Positions 55,741 through 64,000 of a stretch of DNA of 64,000 nt are shown here, piece after piece. Position numbers and translations under genes: made by a program. The notes below the pieces were generated by a model. The model was not told the origin of the DNA, searched no databases, and worked only from the letters and a program-made list of their open reading frames with translations. Numbering within the stretch: position 1 is the stretch's first letter; each line of letters starts with the position of its first letter. The stretch is from an uncultured Planctomycetaceae bacterium (GTDB lineage Bacteria > Planctomycetota > Planctomycetia > Pirellulales > PALSA-1355): contig CAWAUV010000008.1 of assembly GCA_963785305.1 (NCBI GenBank), positions 1,408,001 through 1,472,000 on the forward strand, written 5' to 3'.

Positions 55741-58038
55741 GAGCCATCGCGGTCGTCGTAGGCGCACTATTGTTCATGCTTGCCGCGAGCGCGCGGCTCG
55801 GCGCGGCCGCCGATGCGAATTCCTCGGCGTCGGCATCGGCCTCGACGCCGAAGGTTCCCGTTATCGCATCGCTGCGGGCCGGGTTTGCCGCGAATTACAA
55901 GCAAGGCGCCTGGACACCCTGGCGAGTTACGATCGTCGGCGGCGCCGAGCCGGCCATCGCCCGCGTGACTCTCGCCCTGCTCGACAACGACGGCGTGAAA
56001 GCCTATGTGACGCCGCCCGACAACGCTCCGCTGCAATTGTTGCCGGGCAAGGAGAGCGTGGTCACGGTCTTCGCCAAGCTCGGGTCGACCAGCGGACCGT
56101 GCGACGTGATTCTCGACGTGGAAGGCGCTTCGCGGCCAATCTCGCGGCAGTTCGAGTTCGGCGCGGCCGATGCTCCAGCCGATCCACTCGAGTCGACGCG
56201 AAAACTGATCGTTTGTCTGGGCGGAGCGCCCGAGCTGGCCGACATTGGCCCGCAACCGCAAGGCTGGGACGACCAGCGGCCGGCCGTGGCGCGACTCCAG
56301 CGAGCGGAGGAGCTGACGACCAAATCGTTTGGCTACGACGGAGTCGACACCGTGGTGCTCTTCACCAGCGACCCGCGGCCGTTGCGGTCGCTGGCGCCGC
56401 GGACCGCTCGCGAGGCGGCCTTGGACGCCTGGGTGCGCGACGGCGGAACCCTTGTCATGTGCGTGGCTCGCTCGGCCGAGGAAATGCTCGGTCCCGATGG
56501 GCCGCTGAGCGGTTTCGTTCCCGGAGTGTTCGAGGAGATCGTGGCGCTACGGCAAACGACCGCTTGGGAAGATTATGCCGAGACCGGCGAGCCGCTGCCG
56601 CTCGCTCCCGAGGCCGATGGCCAGCCGGGCCGGTTGCTCGCGCCGCGGCTGCGGAATGTGAGCGGAGTGATCGAAGCCCATGAAGGTCCGCGGCCCGGGG
56701 ATTTGCCGCTCGTGACGCGAAGCGCGCACGGTTTTGGCGAGGTGGTGTTCGTGGCGGCCGACTTGGACCAAGCGCCCTTCAAAGGCTGGGAGGGAACTCA
56801 CAAACTTTGGGAAAAGATTCTCGCCCGTCACAAAGACGATGAAGCTCCGCCGCAAAACGGCGCCCAGGGCCAAATCCAGTGGTACGGTTACAAGGACCTG
56901 GGCGGCCAGTTGCATGCCGCGCTCGAGCAATTCGCTGGCGTGAGCGTGCCGTTTGCCTTGGTCGTGGCGCTGGCGATCATCTACATCACGCTGATCGGGC
57001 CGGTCGATTATTTCGTGCTCAAGCGGTTCGTGCGGCGCATGGAATGGACTTGGTTCACGTTTCCGCTGATCGTCGTGTCGTTCAGCGCGTTCGCGTATTT
57101 CCTGGCCTATCAACTCAAGGGCACGGATATTCGCACCAATCAGGTCGATTTGATCGATATCGATGTGCCGACCGGCCGTGTGCGCGGCCTCATGTGGTCG
57201 ATGCTGTTTAGCCCGGCCTCGGAGACTTATAACCTCGGCGTCGAGCCGCGCTTGCCGCGCGTGATGACCGACGACGAGCGCGAGGCGCAGCGTTTCGGCT
57301 TCGGGCGCCGCGCTCGCCGACGCCATGGCGCCCACCCGAGCCGAAATCCTATTTTCCTGGCTCGGATTGCCAGGCTCCGGCTTTGGCGGACTCGGCCGGC
57401 GGGGTCCGGGGAATACATTGTTTCAAGGCGCCTATGCCTTCGGTCCCGAGCTCGCCACGATCGATCAATTGCCGATTCCCATCTGGAGCACCAAGGGTCT
57501 CACGGCGCGGTGGACGACCCAAGCCGAGGCGCTGCTCACCGCCGATCTGAGCGATCCGGGCGATCAGGCGATCAAGGGCTCGATCGAAAACCACTCGACG
57601 CTCTCGCTCACGGAGGCGGTGCTCGTCTACGAGCGCTGGGCCTTTCCGCTTGGCGCCATTGCCCCGGGCGCCGCCGTGTCTTTCGAGGGCCGCGCGGACC
57701 AGCAGAATGTCGACACCTATTTCAAGCGCGACTCGCGCGTCGGCGGCGCCGACACGGTAAAGCCCTACGATGTGAGCGGGACGAATGTCGATCGCGTCAT
57801 GGAAATGATTATGTTTCACGAAGCGGCCGGCGGGATCGCCTATACCCAGCTCGGCAACGGCTTCGAGCGCTCGCTCGACGCCGCCAAGCAACTGCGCTGT
57901 GGCAGGGCGGTGCTCATGGGTCGCGCCCCTTCGGGCGGCGCCATGATTCTGCGCGATGGCAAACCGCTGGTCGGCCCCGAGGACCATCGCACCACATTCG
58001 TCCGCTTTTTTTTGCCCGTGGAAAAAAGGCGGCCTTGA
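55737..58038 (+). CDS. Large membrane-anchored hypothetical protein associated with an ABC ATPase; indel at ~57286
   Basis: Signal peptide, GYDGVD..WVRDGGTL, YITLIGPVDYFVLK..WTWFTFP TM pair; continues in ORF 57325-58038. Confidence 0.8.
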
Positions 58039-58119
58039 GCCCCCGGAAACGCGGCGCCGAGCGCCTCGCCGTTTACCAACCACCGGATACCCCATCCCCA
58101 GCCGCAGCGAGCATGCACC

Positions 58120-59160
<1,041 letters not shown>

Positions 59161-59410
59161 CGCGCGTGCCGGCGGCAGCGCGACGAATGATTTGCCCGCG
59201 CCCGATCCCGTTCGTCGCTCCGGTCGCTAGCGCCTCGAAGTCCATTTCCTTAATGTCTCCAGAATCGGCGGTTCCTTTCGAGCCGGATAGCGTGGGGTGG
59301 CGTATAATACTTAAGCGGCGCCATGCCTCAAAACGCTCGGACAGCGCCGCGGCGATCGGGGTGTTCGACTTCTTCGATATTATTCGCGATGTGGTTCGGA
59401 GCAAGGGGCG

Positions 59411-60208
59411 ATGTCCAGTTTGTTGCAATCCGTCTCGCAGTTCATTCGCGGCGTGGCCTTTTTAATTCTCGCCTCGCTGGCGGCCGTCGCCAGTTGGTTC
59501 GGCTACGAAACCATCACGCATAACTCCCGGGTCGACGAACAACTCAAAGCCAGCGCCGCCGAACTCGAAAAGAGCCGGGTCGAGATCGACTCGCTCCGCG
59601 GCGACGTGGCCGTTAAGTCGCGCGAGATCGAGCGGCTCGATCTGGCGGTGCGGCTGCTCAAGGTCGATCACCGCGTGGCCGAGATCGTGGTGCTCGACCA
59701 GTGGGAGTCCGACGTCGAGAAGCGGCTGAAGACCAAGTTCGAATTCCGCGATGTCGACGATTCCGGCCGCATGCTCGACCCCGAGCCCAAGGTGTTCACC
59801 ATCGATGGCGATGTGGTGTATATCAACGCCTGGGTCGTGAAGTACGACGACGCGCTCGTGGAACAGGGCGATCCGCTGCGTTCGACGAGCATCTGCCTCT
59901 TCCGCCGGATTTTCGGCGAGTTCCAGCAGCCGAGCGAAGGCTTTCGGCTCGACACCGCTTCGTCGCGGCCGGTCGCCTACGGCGGCTCGAAGGATATGAG
60001 CGACTACGAAAAACAGCTATGGACTCATTTCTGGGAATACGCCAACAACTCCGACACGGCGAAGAAAGCCGGAGTGCGCGCGGCCCATGGCGAAGCCCCG
60101 TCGATCAAGCTCCAGCCCGGCAAGTTGTATAAGCTGCTGCTGCGCGCCTCGGGCGGCCTGACGATCGAAACCCAAGACCTGCCAAAAAACCGCGGCGAAG
60201 CGTTTTAG
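59411..60208 (+). CDS. Hypothetical protein: N-terminal TM + coiled coil + beta-rich domain
   Basis: Host-like codon usage; TATAAT at 59303-59308 upstream. Confidence 0.8.
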   Translation: MSSLLQSVSQFIRGVAFLILASLAAVASWFGYETITHNSRVDEQLKASAAELEKSRVEIDSLRGDVAVKSREIERLDLAVRLLKVDHRVAEIVVLDQWESDVEKRLKTKFEFRDVDDSGRMLDPEPKVFTIDGDVVYINAWVVKYDDALVEQGDPLRSTSICLFRRIFGEFQQPSEGFRLDTASSRPVAYGGSKDMSDYEKQLWTHFWEYANNSDTAKKAGVRAAHGEAPSIKLQPGKLYKLLLRASGGLTIETQDLPKNRGEAF

Positions 60209-60429
60209 AAATTCCGCCGTGCGCGGGACGATGGTTAATAGCCAGTTGAAATATTCAACAGGCCGCGCCGCCGCGATTTGCCCGCCAGCCGGAAGCTCGC
60301 CAGCGCGAAAAGCTTGCCGGTCGATCGAAGCGGCGCGGAATCGCGCCGGCTGCGTCGGGCTGGCCGAGTGGATACAATCATTTCGTCTCACGAAACAACC
60401 CCCCGCCTGAACACGAATGGCGCCCATCC

Positions 60430-62040
60430 ATGAAAGCCGCCTCGCTGATCGCCGCTTCCCTGCTTGTCATCACGGCCGGTCTCCATGCATATGCCCAAGA
60501 GACGCGGCCCGATGGCTGGCGCCCGCTGTTCGATGGCAAGACGCTCGACGGTTGGGAGCATGTCGGCCCCGGAAAAATGATCGTCGAAGACGGCCTGATC
60601 CGCACTGAGGGCGGCATGGGGCTGCTCTGGTATACCCGCGAGAAGTTCGGCGACTGCACGCTGCGAGTCGTGTACAAGACCACCGATCCGAAGTCGAATT
60701 CAGGCGTGTTCGTTCGCATCGATGGCCCGCCCAAGGACGAATGGCACGCGGTCCATCATGGCTACGAAGTGCAAATATACGACGACGCCGATGAGTTTCA
60801 TCGCACCGGGTCGATCTATTCGCTATCGAAGTCGCTGGCCGCTCCCGCCAAATTCGGCGAATGGCACACGATGGATATCACCCTGCGGGGCCCGCGGGTC
60901 ATCGTCACGCTCGATGGCGCGCGGGTTCAGGATTTCGATCCCGGCGCGGCGGCGATGCCCGAGCGGAAGCAGTCCTATGAACCCGAGCGCGGCCCTCGCC
61001 CCGAGTCGGGTTACATCGGCCTTCAGAACCACGATGATGTCAGCAAGGGGAAGCAGGTATACTTCAAGGAAGTCGCGGTTCGGCCAAACAGTCCGCCGAG
61101 CGATGGCGCGAGTTCCGCCCCCGGGAAACAATCGCGGCGGGACATGCGGCGCCCGCTGCCCGACTCGATTCGCGCGGAGCTCGATATTGCCTATGCGGGC
61201 GCCGACGATGTTCGCCAGCGGCTCGACCTTTATCTGCCCAAAAACCTGAAGGCCGGCACACGGTTGCCGCTTGTTGCCTATATTCATGGCGGTGGCTGGG
61301 CGGCCGGCGATAAGCGCGATGGCGCCGGTTTGGCCCGAGCGCTGGTTGGCGCCGGGCAATACGCCGTGGCGTCGATCGGCTATCGACTCAGTAGCGAAGC
61401 GGTTTGGCCGGCGCAAATCCACGACTGCAAAGCGGCGATCCGTTGGCTTCGAGCCAACGCCGCGGCGCACAATCTCGATCCCGATCACATCGGCGTCATG
61501 GGCGAATCGGCTGGCGGCCATCTGGGCGCGATGCTCGGCACGAGCGGCGGCGTGGCCGCGGTGGAAGGCGAACAAGGCGAGTATTTGGGCGTCAGCAGCC
61601 GGGTATCATGCGTCGTCGATCAATATGGACCGACCGATTTCCTCATGGGGAGCAGTCTGACCGATCTGGTCGGCTTTACCCCGCTCGATAGCCCGCATTC
61701 GCCGGTGTTCCAGCTCATGGGCGGTCCCGTGAGCAAGAACAAGTCTCGCGCCCGCGACGCTTCGCCGATTACGTATGTGTCTCAAGACGACGCGCCGTTC
61801 CTGCTGATTCATGGGACGAACGACAATGTGGTTCCCTATGTGCAATCGATTCTGCTGGCTGGAGCGCTGAAGAAATCCGGCGTGGAAACGATTCTCATTC
61901 GGGTCGATGGCGGCGGACACGGCGGCTTCGGCTCGCCGGAAATATCGCGGAGAATGCGACAATTCCTCGACAAGCACTTGCTTGGCAAGGAGGAGTCGAT
62001 TTCAGCCGAACCCATTCAAGTCGGCGAGCGCCGACCCTGA
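60430..62040 (+). CDS. Fusion of DUF1080 (3-keto-disaccharide hydrolase-like) and alpha/beta hydrolase (esterase)
   Basis: LFDGKTLDGW, NSGVFVR, YEVQI, GYIGLQNH; then HGGGW, GESAGG, LIHGTND, GGH. Confidence 0.9.
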   Translation: MKAASLIAASLLVITAGLHAYAQETRPDGWRPLFDGKTLDGWEHVGPGKMIVEDGLIRTEGGMGLLWYTREKFGDCTLRVVYKTTDPKSNSGVFVRIDGPPKDEWHAVHHGYEVQIYDDADEFHRTGSIYSLSKSLAAPAKFGEWHTMDITLRGPRVIVTLDGARVQDFDPGAAAMPERKQSYEPERGPRPESGYIGLQNHDDVSKGKQVYFKEVAVRPNSPPSDGASSAPGKQSRRDMRRPLPDSIRAELDIAYAGADDVRQRLDLYLPKNLKAGTRLPLVAYIHGGGWAAGDKRDGAGLARALVGAGQYAVASIGYRLSSEAVWPAQIHDCKAAIRWLRANAAAHNLDPDHIGVMGESAGGHLGAMLGTSGGVAAVEGEQGEYLGVSSRVSCVVDQYGPTDFLMGSSLTDLVGFTPLDSPHSPVFQLMGGPVSKNKSRARDASPITYVSQDDAPFLLIHGTNDNVVPYVQSILLAGALKKSGVETILIRVDGGGHGGFGSPEISRRMRQFLDKHLLGKEESISAEPIQVGERRP

Positions 62041-62070
62041 CGCCTCGCGACCACTCCTCGCGCCGAACCC

Positions 62071-62340
62071 ATGACGCCTTGCGAGCTATGCGGACGAGCC
62101 AAGCCGCTCACGTTTCACCACCTGATTCCCAAGGCCGTTCACGGCAAGAAGCGCTTTCAGAAGCGACACACGAAGCAAGAGCTGCGAACCCTCGGCATCG
62201 ACATCTGCCGGCTCTGCCACAATGGAATTCACGACCTGCTTTCCGAGCGGGAACTGGCCGAGAACTTCACGACCAAGGAATCATTGCTCGCACATCCGGG
62301 CATCGCCAAGCACATCGCTTGGGTGAAGAAGCGGAAATGA
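62071..62340 (+). CDS. Small HNH-endonuclease-like protein
   Basis: CELC..TFHHLIP..ICRLCHNGIH. Confidence 0.8.
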   Translation: MTPCELCGRAKPLTFHHLIPKAVHGKKRFQKRHTKQELRTLGIDICRLCHNGIHDLLSERELAENFTTKESLLAHPGIAKHIAWVKKRK

Positions 62341-62398
62341 GCGCGGCTATTCGCCGGCGAATGTCCGAGGATCGAAACGAATCCCGACACCGACGTTC

Positions 62399-63504
62399 CT
62401 ACCCCAAGCCGAAAGCCTTGCGATTCTGTGCCGCTTCGTCCCGAATCATGCTGATTTCCGCATCCGGATCAACGTAGAGGCGTTGCACCGGCAGACACCA
62501 TTCGTTCCGCATGTATTTCGCGGGACCACAGGTCGTTCTGACAATCTCGCCGTCTGATCGTAGTGTGACGATGGAGGACCAAGGAAGGCCAAGATAGGTC
62601 GCCGCTGGGCGCCTTTGTCCAGCGCGATGGTCTTTTTGCCCCGCATTACGGCGGCAAACACTTCCGACTTCACGTCCAGATCAATTTGGATTGGCTCCCC
62701 GCCCGGCCATTCGAGAATCTCAATTGGAACGCCTCGTTCGAGCGCCGCCCGAATCAACAAATTGGCGACGATAGCTCGATGGCAATAAATCTTGCCGTTT
62801 TCTCTCGGCCATTCGCAGCCACAGAAGAAGATCAAACGTCTATTGTCGATCGCGGCTTTCATTGCTACGTCAAGGAGGTCGTCTGCCGCCTCGGGCTCCT
62901 TGATCTTGATCCTCTGGCCAGTTGTTTCAGCTATGCTGAGATTTCCCAGCGACTTCATCCAGCGGTATCGTTGTGCCCCCAGCGGCTTCTCGAAGCTGTC
63001 CTCTCTGAAGCCTGCTGCTCGCACGGAGCGATGAAGCCGAATGTCCACGAGAATCGGTGGCTTGAACCCTCGATCGGCTTCTACGGCATCCAGGGATTCG
63101 ATCAACTGATGCGTCGCATTTCCCCAGCCCCAATAGCCGAAAGTAAAAACTTGCAGTCGTTCCATGGATGTCTTCGCCGCTTCCCGTGCCAAAGAAAAAC
63201 TTCCCTTTGGTTTATATGCCCATCTGCCGCGGAGTTTCGTGCGATCGAACTGTTCCGCGGATACGGGAAGCCTTTCCGTGAATATTTTGCTAAACCATGC
63301 CACCATGTTGCTTGCGCACTTTTCATCGGAATCCAGTTGATTCGCGCGGCGTGCTTCCTTGACAAGCCCGCGCCCCAGTTCGTCATCCAGCAGCATCTTT
63401 GCGATAAGCCGGTGGGGCACAAAGTCCCTCTTATCCTCATGAAGATCCTGTATCAGACGCTCAATGATTGGAAACACGTCGTCGTGGGTGAATGAAGGGC
63501 TCAT
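62399..63504 (-). CDS. Lower-GC multidomain protein: helical N-domain + DUF488-like domain + ASCH/PUA-like C-domain; indel at ~62610
   Basis: VFTFGY..LVDIR..RSVR..YRWMKSLGN..FFCGCE..CHR..VA; FAAVMRGKKTI; shifted frame continues YLGLPWSSIVTLRS..WCLPV.. to TAG at 62399-62401. Confidence 0.7.
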
Positions 63505-63714
63505 GGTTGAAAGTCTCGTACCGTGGGACGGCTTCGCGACGTGCCTCGGGATTGCGGCGCAAACGACGAATCAAGTGGCGGAATAAGCAATGCAATGGGG
63601 AAGTTCGTGCCAGAGGCCCGCATGCAAGAGCATGCCATGTAATCAACGCATCCTGGCTCGGGGCTCATCTCACGACAAGAGCGGGCATGGCGCTCGACGT
63701 TCATTCCGCGAATG

Positions 63715-64000
63715 TTACCACGGCTTCGCCTTGCGCACTCGCAGGATGAGAGGCAGGGAGACTTGGCTCTCGGCTTCCTTGGCCATGAGCTCGAAGGGGC
63801 GGTCTTGCTCAAGCACGGCGCGGCTGGCCGAGAGGCGGAGCGTGCGGTGGGTTTGGCCTTCGAGCAGTTGGATGCCATTGAGGCCGATGTCGTCGACGAT
63901 CACGCCGTGCGGCAAATTTTCGGCCTCGAAATTGATGATCCCATCGAAGCCGTTGCGCTCGACCGAGAGCTCGAAGGCGCTGCCGCCGCCGGGGGCGATC
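63715..64000 (-). CDS. 3' end of a large protein (resembles C-termini of planctomycete PPC/WD40-type proteins), truncated by the window edge
   Basis: Open frame to the edge: IAPGG..VERNGFDG..ENLPHGVIVDDIGLNGIQL. Confidence 0.7.
   Translation of the reverse strand, partial: IAPGGGSAFELSVERNGFDGIINFEAENLPHGVIVDDIGLNGIQLLEGQTHRTLRLSASRAVLEQDRPFELMAKEAESQVSLPLILRVRKAKPW

Overview
High-GC bacterial chromosomal segment whose gene content points to a Planctomycetota (Pirellulales-like) genome: PVC-type CxxCH dehydrogenase-domain protein, DUF1549/DUF1553 + DUF1501 pair, DUF1080. About 42 protein-coding genes. Housekeeping genes include queF, pcm, pyrB-pyrC, motA-motB, dnaG-rpoD, an htrA-like protease, aat, addA/addB-like genes and a mazG-like gene; there are also several ABC transporter parts and lineage-typical hypotheticals. 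No rRNA, tRNA, CRISPR array, integrase or transposase was seen. About 19 genes, including the essential rpoD and dnaG, are split by 1-2 nt indels. These are best read as long-read consensus errors, and most sit in or next to GCGC, which hints at a host GCGC methylome. Best candidates for novel biology: (i) a lower-GC gene at 62399-63504 that, after frameshift repair, reads as a helical/wHTH-like + DUF488-like + ASCH/PUA-like three-domain protein convergent with a small HNH gene; (ii) a PspA-like coiled-coil / FHA-like / multi-TM Ser-Thr kinase / membrane-protein cluster with a 3x17-bp repeat array; (iii) a signal-peptide-bearing isoaspartyl methyltransferase; (iv) two MITE-like elements sharing a boxC-like core but carrying different terminal inverted repeats. 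All family assignments are by motif recognition only; no searches were run.
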